From assembly GCA_037131145.1 (NCBI GenBank), contig JBAXRP010000001.1, positions 2,587 to 66,586 on the forward strand: a stretch of DNA of 64,000 nt, read 5' to 3'. Position numbers and translations under genes: made by a program. The stretch is from Bacteroidota bacterium (GTDB lineage Bacteria; Bacteroidota; Bacteroidia; Bacteroidales; FEN-979). How positions within the stretch are numbered: position 1 is the stretch's first letter; each line of letters opens with the position of its first letter. The notes below the pieces were generated by a model. The model searched no databases. It was not told the DNA's origin and saw nothing but the letters and a program-made list of their open reading frames with translations. Positions 9,821-20,000 of this stretch are shown in pieces.

Positions 9821-12800
9821 ATGAAGAATAAAAACCAGGAACTCATAGAAAAACTTGATTTGTTTATTAAAAAATACTACAAAAACCGACTGATCAGAGG
9901 TTTTTTATGGTCTGTGACTCTAACGACTGTATTATTTCTGGTGATCATCATGCTCGAAAATGTTTTCAATTTTGAACCGATTGTCCGTACAGGATTGTTT
10001 TTTACTTATTCTGCTCTCTTATTGTTTGTATTAACACGGTTAGTTTTTATTCCGTGCTTTCAGTTACTAAAAATTGGAAAACTTATTACTTATCAGCAAG
10101 CTGCTGAGATTGTCGGCAGCCATTTCAACGATATTCAAGATAAATTATTGAATACCTTACAGCTTATTGGGCAAAATAAAGAATCTGGCGAAAATTCAGA
10201 CCTTGTCATTGCAAGTATTGAACAGAAAACCAGGTCATTGAATCTTTTTAAGTTTACCCTTGCAATAGATTTCAGGAAAAATTTCAAGTATCTCAGATTT
10301 GCAGGTGTTCCGGTAATAATTATTTTGGTTCTTATATTACTTTCTCCTCGTACCATTTCAGATCCCACAAGTCGAATAATACGTTTCAACGAAACATTTA
10401 CAAAACCACTCCCCTACACTATTGAAATCCTAAATATAAAACTGGACGCTTTACAACAGGAAGATTTTGAATTACGCGTGAAAATCATTGGTGACGAAAT
10501 TCCTTCTGAAGTCTTTATTAAAACCGGTGATGTCATATATAAAATGCTGAGAACAAAAGATTTTAATTATACATTTAAATTCAAATCTTTGCAATCAAAC
10601 ATAAATTTCAAAATTGTTACTGGTGATTTACAATCAGCAACATATACAATTATTGTTCTTCCTAAACCAATAATTCTGAACTTTGATCTTTTAATTAATT
10701 ACCCGGAATATACCGGTAAAAAATGTGAAAAGTTTGAAAACCAAGGAGATGTTGTTGTACCTGAAGGAACCAAGATTACCTGGAATTTCTTTACAAAAGA
10801 TGTAGAGGAGATTTTAATGAGATTTTCCTCTGAAATTATTCTAAAGAAAACAAAATCAGCAAATAAATTCACTTTTTCTGGTTCGCCCATGACAAACTGC
10901 ACATATAGCATTAAACCTGTTAACTCCCGTGTTTTTTTTTCTGATTCATTACTTTATAGATTGATGGTAATTAATGACGGGTATCCCTCAATTTTCGTTG
11001 TTGAATCTACAGATTCAGTACTTTTTACAAAATTATTCTTCAATGGCACAATTAAAGATGATTACGGGTTTTCAAAGCTTACATTTAATTATAAAATTTA
11101 TAATCAAAAGGATACAACTGGTAATTATACGATAAGCGAAATTCCTGTCGAAAAAAAACTAAATAATCAGGTTTTTTATTATTCAATTGATCTCGTTTCA
11201 CTGTTAACGGATCCCGGAAAGAAAATTATCTACTATTTCGAAATAAGGGATAATGACCAAATACATGGACCAAAAGCTACACGTACTGAACCACATATAA
11301 TTGCAACTCCTACCTTGGAAGAAATTTCAACAAAAACCGAACAAAATGCTCAGTATATCAATGATGAACTTGAAAAAAGTATCTCTGGTTCAAAATCTAT
11401 AATAAAAACTTTAGACGAGTTAAATAAGCAATTGGTTGACCAAAATAGCATTTCATGGCAGGATAAGAAAAAAATGGAAGATTTGATAAAAAGCAGTGAA
11501 GCTATTCAAAAACGGATTGATGACATTAAGAAAAAGGCTTTAGAGAACATGAGCAGCGAGGAGAAATACCTTGAAACCAGTGACCGAATCATTGAAAAAC
11601 AAAAAATGCTGAATGAAATGATTGATCAGATTTTTCCTGAAGAATTAAAAAAAATGATTGAAGAGTTAAAAGGTCTAATGAATAAAGTAGATAAAGAGAA
11701 ACTTGGAAATCTTTTGGAAAAAATGAAAATGAGCAATAAAGAACTTGAAAATCAACTTGACAGGGACCTCGCTTTGATGAAGCAAATTGAGTTTGACAGA
11801 AATCTTGAAGAAACAATAAAAGAACTTAGAAAAACATCTGAAGAACTTGAAAAGCTTGCTGAAAAAGCTGAAACACCGGTTAATAACCTTGATAAATTAC
11901 TTGAAAAACAGAACGAGATTAATGAAAAATCAGATTCTCTATCGGCTAAAGTAGAACAACTTCAAAAAGACGCAAGGAATCTTGAAGAACCTGTTGAGCT
12001 TGGAAATACAGAGAAATTACAGGATAGCATTCGGAAAAATCTTTCGAAAAGTAAAAAAAGTCTTGAAGACAAAGACAAGAATAAAGCCGCCGGTTTACAA
12101 AAGAAAGCTGCCGGAAACATGAAAGAACTGGCACAGCAAATGGAATCGGCTAATGAAGAATCGGAAGAAGATCAACTTGAAGAGGATGCTCTGAATATTC
12201 GCATGATTCTACAAAATCTTGTACGGTTGTCTTTCAACCAGGAAGAACTTATCAGACAAACAAAACCAATTTCAAAGACTGATCCTCGATATCTTGAAAT
12301 TGTTGTCAAACAAAAAGAGTTCGGCGATAAAATGAAAATTGTGGAAGATTCTTTAAATGCAATAGCCAAACGTCAGTTAATGATTAAGCCGGTTATTACA
12401 AAAGAAATAATGTCAATAAACCAAAATATTGACTTGGCTCTTGAATCCTTTGAAGCAAGAAACATTGGCGCAGTAGTAACACGGCAACAGTTTGCGATGA
12501 CTTCCATAAACAATCTTGCATTATTGCTCAATGAATCATTGCAGAAGATGAATGAGAAGTTATCAAGCAGTATGAAGTCGAAAAGTGGCAATAAATCATG
12601 TTCAAATCCTTCATCAGGAAAAAGCGGAAAAAAATCAGCAAAGGAGATGAAAGATATTCAGGGAAAAATTGGTGATCAATTAAAAAAATTAAAAGAAGGA
12701 CTTGAAGGATCCAAGAAGCCAGGAAATTCCAATAAATCCGAACAACAGGGCATGAACCGGGAAATTGCAAAACTTGCCGCACAACAGGAGACCCTTAGAA

Positions 12801-13177
12801 ATGAAATGCAAAAGTATCAGGAAAAATTTGGCTCAAAAGGCATTACAGATCAGACCGGATTGAATGAAACCATACGTGATATGGAACAAATTGAAAAGGA
12901 TTTAATTAACAAAAAAATAACTCAAGAAACAATTCGAAGGCAGCAAAGCATTATTACGCGTTTACTTGAATCTGAAAAAGCCGAGCAAACCAGAGACAGA
13001 GAAGAAAAGAGGGAGTCGATTGAAGCAAAAGATCAAAAAATAAGTAACCTTAGTAAACCTTTTGAGTATAATATAAATAAAAGAGCCAGTCATGATCAAA
13101 TTGAATTAATACTGCCATCGTTACGCTCTTTTTATAAAAACAAAGTGAATAGCTACATTGTTAAAATAGAACAATAA
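9821..13177 (+). CDS. large membrane-anchored coiled-coil protein (DUF4175-like)
   Basis: 1118 aa. The N-terminus (KLDLFIKKYYKNRLIRGFLWS) is followed by TM helices. The C-terminal half is a long E/K/Q-rich heptad-like region. Confidence 0.6.
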   Translation: MKNKNQELIEKLDLFIKKYYKNRLIRGFLWSVTLTTVLFLVIIMLENVFNFEPIVRTGLFFTYSALLLFVLTRLVFIPCFQLLKIGKLITYQQAAEIVGSHFNDIQDKLLNTLQLIGQNKESGENSDLVIASIEQKTRSLNLFKFTLAIDFRKNFKYLRFAGVPVIIILVLILLSPRTISDPTSRIIRFNETFTKPLPYTIEILNIKLDALQQEDFELRVKIIGDEIPSEVFIKTGDVIYKMLRTKDFNYTFKFKSLQSNINFKIVTGDLQSATYTIIVLPKPIILNFDLLINYPEYTGKKCEKFENQGDVVVPEGTKITWNFFTKDVEEILMRFSSEIILKKTKSANKFTFSGSPMTNCTYSIKPVNSRVFFSDSLLYRLMVINDGYPSIFVVESTDSVLFTKLFFNGTIKDDYGFSKLTFNYKIYNQKDTTGNYTISEIPVEKKLNNQVFYYSIDLVSLLTDPGKKIIYYFEIRDNDQIHGPKATRTEPHIIATPTLEEISTKTEQNAQYINDELEKSISGSKSIIKTLDELNKQLVDQNSISWQDKKKMEDLIKSSEAIQKRIDDIKKKALENMSSEEKYLETSDRIIEKQKMLNEMIDQIFPEELKKMIEELKGLMNKVDKEKLGNLLEKMKMSNKELENQLDRDLALMKQIEFDRNLEETIKELRKTSEELEKLAEKAETPVNNLDKLLEKQNEINEKSDSLSAKVEQLQKDARNLEEPVELGNTEKLQDSIRKNLSKSKKSLEDKDKNKAAGLQKKAAGNMKELAQQMESANEESEEDQLEEDALNIRMILQNLVRLSFNQEELIRQTKPISKTDPRYLEIVVKQKEFGDKMKIVEDSLNAIAKRQLMIKPVITKEIMSINQNIDLALESFEARNIGAVVTRQQFAMTSINNLALLLNESLQKMNEKLSSSMKSKSGNKSCSNPSSGKSGKKSAKEMKDIQGKIGDQLKKLKEGLEGSKKPGNSNKSEQQGMNREIAKLAAQQETLRNEMQKYQEKFGSKGITDQTGLNETIRDMEQIEKDLINKKITQETIRRQQSIITRLLESEKAEQTRDREEKRESIEAKDQKISNLSKPFEYNINKRASHDQIELILPSLRSFYKNKVNSYIVKIEQ

Positions 13178-13178
13178 A

Positions 13179-13664
13179 ATGAAATATTCCCTTGAAAAGT
13201 TGTTAATTCACGGCAAAAAGGAAAGTTATCGTCTCGAAAGGTTTGTTGAAGAAATCTGTGATTTCCATAATATCACAAATGAATTCTTCGGAAATATTCA
13301 ACTTGCAACTTCTGAAGCTGCTGAAGTTCTATTTTCGATTGGTTCCGACGAGGTATCGGATTGTCTGAATGTTTTCTTTGAGAAAAGTCTCAAAGGTCTT
13401 ATATTCAAAATAAACCTGGTTGGATATAGAAATGATATCATTGTTGATGAGGATTTGCTTGACAGGGAAATACGGAAACACCAATTGGGACGGGAACTTT
13501 ATATTATTAAATCACTTACCGATGAGTTTAGGATAAATGCAGATGGAACGGGAATCCAACTGATTTTTTATGTATCAAGTATAAATTTTGAGAAATCATT
13601 GCAACGAATTCAACATTTAAAAACTTTCTGGGAAAAGGAAAAGAACGTAATGCACGAAAATTAA
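13179..13664 (+). CDS. hypothetical protein
   Basis: 161 aa. It starts 2 nt after the previous stop, and its stop overlaps the ybeY ATG (TAATG). No motif was recognised with confidence. Confidence 0.55.
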   Translation: MKYSLEKLLIHGKKESYRLERFVEEICDFHNITNEFFGNIQLATSEAAEVLFSIGSDEVSDCLNVFFEKSLKGLIFKINLVGYRNDIIVDEDLLDREIRKHQLGRELYIIKSLTDEFRINADGTGIQLIFYVSSINFEKSLQRIQHLKTFWEKEKNVMHEN

Positions 13665-14110
13665 TGATACAAATTCATTTTTTTACAGAAGATATTAAAT
13701 ATAGGACGCGGAACACAGTCCAACTGCGAAGATGGCTTTGCACTGCAGTGAAAATGGAAAGAAAAAAAGTTAAAAATGTCAATATAATCCTATGTTCAGA
13801 TGCTTTATTGCTCGAACTTAATAAGAAACATTTAAAACGTAATTCATTAACAGATATTCTTACTTTTCCTTTGTCCGAAATAGAAGGTTTTATTTCAGGT
13901 GATATTTTTATCAGTGTTGAAAGAGTTCGGGTTAACGGAATAATATTCAAACAAAAATTGGAAGTAGAATTACGAAGAGTTATTATTCATGGTATTTTGC
14001 ATCTGATTGGATACAATGATATTGACCATGATGATAAGGAAAAAATGAGAAACAAAGAAAATATTTACCTTAATTTATACGATGAAATATTTCCTATAAA
14101 GACTATCTGA
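13664..14110 (+). CDS. ybeY: rRNA maturation endoribonuclease YbeY
   Basis: 148 aa with the metal-binding motif HGILHLIGYNDIDH. Confidence 0.9.
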   Translation: MIQIHFFTEDIKYRTRNTVQLRRWLCTAVKMERKKVKNVNIILCSDALLLELNKKHLKRNSLTDILTFPLSEIEGFISGDIFISVERVRVNGIIFKQKLEVELRRVIIHGILHLIGYNDIDHDDKEKMRNKENIYLNLYDEIFPIKTI

Positions 14111-14133
14111 TAATTATATATTTCTTCGTAAAA

Positions 14134-14149
14134 TGTTTCACGTGAAACA
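14134..14149. other. parS (ParB-binding centromere-like site), perfect palindrome TGTTTCACGTGAAACA
   Basis: 16/16 match to the tGTTNCACGTGAAACa consensus. It lies in the ybeY-mnmG intergenic gap. Confidence 0.8.
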
Positions 14150-14156
14150 ATAGATT

Positions 14157-16028
14157 TTGAAAAATAGTTACGATGTAATTGTTGTTGGCGCTGGTCATGC
14201 AGGTTGTGAAGCAGCTTCTGCTGCTGCAACACTAGGATCCAAAGTTTTGTTGATTACCATGAATATGATGAACATGGCACAAATGTCATGCAATCCTTCT
14301 ATTGGAGGAATTGCCAAAGGACAGATTGTTCGGGAAATTGACGCATTAGGAGGATTTACTGGAATTGTTACAGACAGAACCATGATTCAATTCCGAATGC
14401 TGAACAAATCAAAGGGTCCAGCGATGTGGAGTCCCCGCTCCCAAAATGATCGGATAAAATTTTCACAGGAATGGAGGCGAATTTTGGAAACAAACTCTAA
14501 TGTAGATTTCTGGCAGGATTTTGTTTTCGATCTAATTCTTAAAAATGGAAAAATTATTGGAGTTAAAACAGGAATGGGACTCAAATTTGAATCCCGGTCA
14601 GTTGTTTTAGCAAACGGAACGTTTCTTAATGGCATGATATACATTGGGGAAAAGAAGTTTTCAGGGGGTAGAATCGGCGAACGATCATCAATGAATCTTT
14701 CTGATAATATATTAAAATCAGGTTTTGTCTCAAACAGAATGAAAACCGGAACACCTGCTCGGGTGGATGGAAGATCCCTGGATTTCTCTAAAATGGAAGA
14801 ACAACCTGGAGATGAAAACCCTGGTAAGTTTTCCTTTTCTGAAACCCCTCCATTAAAAACTCAGCGAAGTTGTTTTCTTACTTATACAAATGAGGAAGTA
14901 CACGACATTTTAAGAACCGGATTTGATCGCTCCCCTATGTATTCAGGAAGAATTATTGGTCGAGGTCCGAGATATTGTCCTTCCATTGAAGACAAAATTG
15001 ATCGGTTTGCTTCCCGAAACAGGCATCAGTTATTTATTGAACCGGAAGGCTGGAATACCGTTGAATTCTATGTTAATGGATTTTCTTCCTCCTTGCCTGA
15101 AGATATACAGTTTAAAGCCCTAATGAAAGTTAAAGGATTTGAAAAAGCAAAGTTTTTCCGTCCTGGTTATGCAATAGAATACGATTATTTTCCACCAGAA
15201 CAGTTATATTCAAATTTAGAAACAAAAATAATTGAAAACCTTTTTTTTGCAGGCCAAATTAATGGAACAACTGGTTATGAGGAGGCTTCTGCGCAAGGTC
15301 TAATTGCTGGCATAAATGCTCATTTGAAGGTTAATAATCAAAAGCCATTAGTTCTTAAACGTTCTGAAGCATATATTGGTGTACTAATAGATGATCTAAT
15401 TACAAAAGGTACCGAAGAACCATACAGAATGTTCACCTCCAGAGCGGAATACAGATTACTTCTTAGACAAGATAATGCCGACCAACGTTTAACCGGTATT
15501 GCTCATGAACTTGGTCTTGTTTCACATGACCGACTCAGAGGTGTTTCTGAAAAATACGAAAAAGTAAATCATTTGACCAGATTTCTTAAAAACCAGACTC
15601 TTAAACCAGAGGATATTAATTCTATTCTTCTTGAAAACAATTCTGCTCCAACTACACAGAAACAAAAAGCTGCGAATTTTCTTCTCAGACCTCATGTTTT
15701 CCTAAATGATTTGATTTCAAAAATTGATATACTAAAATCATATTTAGAAGAGCACTGCCTGGATAATTTCGAGATTATCAACGAGGCAGAATTAGTAATA
15801 AAATACGAAAGTTATATCGAAAAAGAACAAATGCTTGCTGACAAAATGGCTAATCTTGAAAATCTTTTCATCCCAAATAATTTTAATTTCAATAAAATTA
15901 CCTCATTATCCATCGAAGCCAGAGAAAAACTTACAAAGATTAAACCTTCTTCAATAGGACAGGCAACAAGGATTAGCGGTGTATCTCCTGCTGATATTTC
16001 GGTGCTTATTGTCTTCCTTGGAAGATAA
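14157..16028 (+). CDS. mnmG: tRNA uridine 5-carboxymethylaminomethyl modification enzyme MnmG (GidA)
   Basis: 623 aa with a TTG start, the FAD motif YDVIVVGAGHAGCEAA, and a conserved GidA body and C-terminal helical domain. Confidence 0.93.
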   Translation: MKNSYDVIVVGAGHAGCEAASAAATLGSKVLLITMNMMNMAQMSCNPSIGGIAKGQIVREIDALGGFTGIVTDRTMIQFRMLNKSKGPAMWSPRSQNDRIKFSQEWRRILETNSNVDFWQDFVFDLILKNGKIIGVKTGMGLKFESRSVVLANGTFLNGMIYIGEKKFSGGRIGERSSMNLSDNILKSGFVSNRMKTGTPARVDGRSLDFSKMEEQPGDENPGKFSFSETPPLKTQRSCFLTYTNEEVHDILRTGFDRSPMYSGRIIGRGPRYCPSIEDKIDRFASRNRHQLFIEPEGWNTVEFYVNGFSSSLPEDIQFKALMKVKGFEKAKFFRPGYAIEYDYFPPEQLYSNLETKIIENLFFAGQINGTTGYEEASAQGLIAGINAHLKVNNQKPLVLKRSEAYIGVLIDDLITKGTEEPYRMFTSRAEYRLLLRQDNADQRLTGIAHELGLVSHDRLRGVSEKYEKVNHLTRFLKNQTLKPEDINSILLENNSAPTTQKQKAANFLLRPHVFLNDLISKIDILKSYLEEHCLDNFEIINEAELVIKYESYIEKEQMLADKMANLENLFIPNNFNFNKITSLSIEAREKLTKIKPSSIGQATRISGVSPADISVLIVFLGR

Positions 16029-16044
16029 TGTTCCACGTGAAACA
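16029..16044. other. parS site TGTTCCACGTGAAACA
   Basis: Identical to the canonical Bacillus-type parS 16-mer. It begins immediately after the mnmG stop codon. Confidence 0.8.
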
Positions 16045-16051
16045 TTTTTTT

Positions 16052-16942
16052 ATGACTGAACTATTATCAATTTGCCCCATTTGCCAACTAACTAATTTTA
16101 ACCTTTTTCTTTCCATTAAAGATCATTTTCTTTCAAAGGAAATATTTCATATCATGCAATGTTCCTCCTGTGGGTTTAGGTTTGTAAATCCCAGACCTAA
16201 TACCTCTGATATGAAGCATTATTACCAATCTGAATCTTACATTTCTCATGATGCTTCAAAAAGTGATTTGCTTAGCCAAATTTATAAGCTTGCCAGAAAT
16301 ATTTCTCTTCGAAATAAATATTATCTTGTCCGACAGTATTGTGAAACAGGGCCAATCCTTGATTTTGGTTGTGGTACCGGTGAATTTCTTGCTTATTGCA
16401 AAAAAAAAAGACATCAGGTAGTAGGGATTGAACCCAATGATAAAGCGAGAGATTTTGCAATAAATCAACAAAAATTAGCCGTTTTTACCGATCTTAATTC
16501 TCTTGGAGTAAACTTGCGAACTTTTGATTGCATTACTTTGTGGCATGTTTTAGAACATGTTCATGACCTGGATCAAACACTTACTAAAATTAATACCCTA
16601 CTTTCTACTAAAGGAACTTTGATTATTGCAGTTCCAAATTGCAATTCCCCGGACGCACGCAAATATAAAACATTTTGGGCCGCTTATGATGTTCCTCGAC
16701 ACCTCTATCATTTTACAGTCGAATCATTTACCAGATTAGCTGCTCGTCATCATTTTATTGTGGAAAAAATTCTTCCACAAAAACTTGACGCTTATTATGT
16801 TTCAATGCTTAGTGAAAAATACCAAAATGGAAAAAACAAATATTTTTGTTCATTACTTAATGGGTTTCGCTCCAATTTCCTTGCAAAGAAAGACAATATG
16901 GGTTATTCCAGCCAGATTTTCATCCTCCACAGGATAACTTGA
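16052..16942 (+). CDS. class I SAM-dependent methyltransferase with an N-terminal Cys4 zinc-ribbon-like segment
   Basis: SAM motif I (ILDFGCGTGEFL) plus CPIC...CSSC. The track start at 16028 would place parS inside the coding sequence, so ATG 16052 (MTELLSICPIC) is preferred. The start remains uncertain. Confidence 0.75.
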   Translation: MTELLSICPICQLTNFNLFLSIKDHFLSKEIFHIMQCSSCGFRFVNPRPNTSDMKHYYQSESYISHDASKSDLLSQIYKLARNISLRNKYYLVRQYCETGPILDFGCGTGEFLAYCKKKRHQVVGIEPNDKARDFAINQQKLAVFTDLNSLGVNLRTFDCITLWHVLEHVHDLDQTLTKINTLLSTKGTLIIAVPNCNSPDARKYKTFWAAYDVPRHLYHFTVESFTRLAARHHFIVEKILPQKLDAYYVSMLSEKYQNGKNKYFCSLLNGFRSNFLAKKDNMGYSSQIFILHRIT

Positions 16943-17060
16943 CTATTTTAAGCCCCCTAATGCATTCTAAGTTCATTCTAAGCAAACCTGCCATCTTGTT
17001 TGAAATAAACGTTTATATGCAATCTTATACAGTGATAATATTTCTCAACCTATCTGAACA

Positions 17061-20000
17061 TTGACCAAATTTAAAATAGAAATATTTAGATTCCAAAAAT
17101 TTCAACCCCTTATAGTTGCCGGGATTATTTTTTTGATGATACCTTTTACAGATTGGTGTATCAACAGGATAAATATTCCAGAAAATATTTTATTGGTTTT
17201 CAACCAGAAAATTATTATTGAAGAGAAAGCTCTTACGGTTTTCGTCGAGACTATTTCAACAAACATTGACCCCAACACTCTATCCAATGCAACAGGAGAT
17301 TCTATTTACAAATTAATAAATCACGAAAAACCGAAAATATCCTTATTCATTTTCAGAAACGATTCTTTAATATTTTGGAACAGTAACAGGGAAATTTTTC
17401 CAACAGATTTAGTAAAATCATCAGAAACTGGTTTTCAGATACTCCACCTTCAAAATGGGTGGTATAGCGTTTACACAAAAACGATTGTATCCTGTAAGTT
17501 TATAGCCTTCGCCTTAATAAAGAATGAGTATCCGATCACCAATTCCTATTTGAAGAATTGCTTTTCTGAACAATTTTCATTGCCAGAAAATGTATCATTA
17601 TCTGTAAAAACAACAGCTTATCCGGTTTTTTCAGCTAATAATAAATATCTTGTCAGCTTGGTATTACCTCCTCAACTCTTTTATAAACTGCGTATTCCCG
17701 AATCTTTTCAACTCTCAAATAATTTTTCTATAGTTTGGTATTTTGTATTATTCCTTCTTGGAACCTGTTTTCTTCTACTATTTATCTACCGTATATTCCT
17801 GAGTTTAAACTACTTTAAAATTCGTAAAATTCAGTTTTTGCTTTCTATTTCGTCTATCGTACTCGTTTTACGCATTATTCAGTTCTATTTACAATTTCCC
17901 GAACATTTGTATCAAACCGAAATATTTAGTCCCGCTTTATACTCTTCTTCCTTTATTCTCCCATCCCTTGGCGATTTTTTTTTTAATTCACTGCTCATCT
18001 TTTATATAACCTGGATAATAGGCAAAGTAAATTCTGTTAATCAAAGTAAAACATTTGATACTAAAGTCATGTTTATCGAATACCAAGTCTTATTAGTTGT
18101 TTTATTTAGCCTTTTTGCTATTCTCGAATTTCTCATTACCGACCTAATTATCAATTCCTCATTTTCACTGAATTTCCAGAATATCTCAGATCTGACCCCG
18201 ATAAGCATATTCGGATTACTCATCCTCGCTTTGTTGTCGGGTGCCTTTTTGATTATTTCTAACCAATTATTGGACAAGATTTTCTCAATTTCCTCAAAAA
18301 TCGAATGGCTAATTTTCGGGTTGATTGTCTCTTCTATTCTATATGGAATTACATGCAAGGCTACATCTATTAAGATAAATTATGCTATAATTTTGTTTTT
18401 TTTTGTTAACGCTGTCTTTTATTGGTATTTAAAATCAATGCAAATTCCGAAGTATTCAATCCAACACATACTTTTCTTGTTATTATTTTATTCTATACTT
18501 GCAACGTTTCTTTTAAATCGGGCAAATACTCTCAAAGAAAACAACAAAGTGAACTTGCTCGCGCTTAACCTTATATCCAAACAAAATCCTGTTACTGAAG
18601 ACCGATATTATCAGATTGCGGGAAAACTAAGATCTGACTCGATATTGAAAAGGATGCTTCTTTCTGAAAACTCACATGAGTATTATTCTGATAGTCTTGA
18701 TATCTATTTAAAAACACGCTATTTTAAAGATTACTGGCGCATGTATAATATTCAGATCACTTTGTGCAAACCTAGGCAGGAACTTCGTGTGGAACCCAAG
18801 CAATACCTTATTGATTGCAACCTTTTTTTTCAAAATCTGATCATCAATTACGGTGAAACAACTTCGACGCCAGGTCTGTATTATCTTGATAATGGATATG
18901 GAAAAGAATACTACCTCGCATTTTTGAATTTTTTGGAATCAAACGCAATTACCAAAAATCAAGCACAGTTATATATCGAGTTTACGATAACTGGCACAAT
19001 CCCTGATCCAGGATACCCTGGATTATTGCTCGATAAGGGTCGCAAGGATCCCACTCTACGTTCAAATTACACTTATGCATTTTATCAGCAAGGTCGCTTG
19101 GTTCATGTTGTTGGTAACGCTAATTATTTGTTTGAATTAGCAACCTACCCGCACTATTCCAGCGTCAGTCCATATTTTTATGATAATGATCTCAAACATT
19201 TTCACTTCAAGATTAATGAGGATTGCGACTTGCTGATCAGCAAAACAAGGAATGGTTTTTTTTCGGAAATCACGCCTTTTTCTTACCTTTTCTTCCTCTA
19301 TTCCTTCATGGCGCTTATTATCACTGGGTTTAATATGGTGCAAAAAGGAATCTATTCCAAACCTGTTGACCTGCGTACTAAATTGCAAATATCTTTAACG
19401 AGCCTTCTTATTCTTACCATGGTCATCATTGGGATAGTACAGATTATATATATTATCAATATTAATGAAAAGAAAAACATTGATTTTTTACGAGAAAAAG
19501 CATTTTCAGTGCTAACTGAGTTTCAGCACAAATTCGGCGGGGCTGGGGTTGCTTCCGACGTTATCAACAGGAAAAATGAAAATTTTCTTATTAAGCTTTC
19601 AAATATTTTCTTTTGTGATATAAATTTTTATAATGTGCGGGGATTCTTAATTTCTTCTAGTCGCCATGAAATATTCCATGCAGGGCTGATCTCGGAACGA
19701 ATCAACCCTTTTGCCTATCAGAAAATGATCATTGAACACAATTCAATTCTTATCCAGGAGGAAGTAATCGGAAATATGAAATTCGGTTCTGTATATCTTC
19801 CTATGCACAACGATCAGGGTAATTTACTGGGATATATTAATTTGCCATATTTTTCTCGACTAGATGATTTAAAAAAGGAGATTTCCTCTTTTCTCGTAAC
19901 TTTTGTCAATATTTATATTCTTATAATTTTATCAGGCGCTCTGATTTCATTTTTACTTGCCAATTATATAACCTCCCCGTTGGCCTTACTTTCAACGAAA

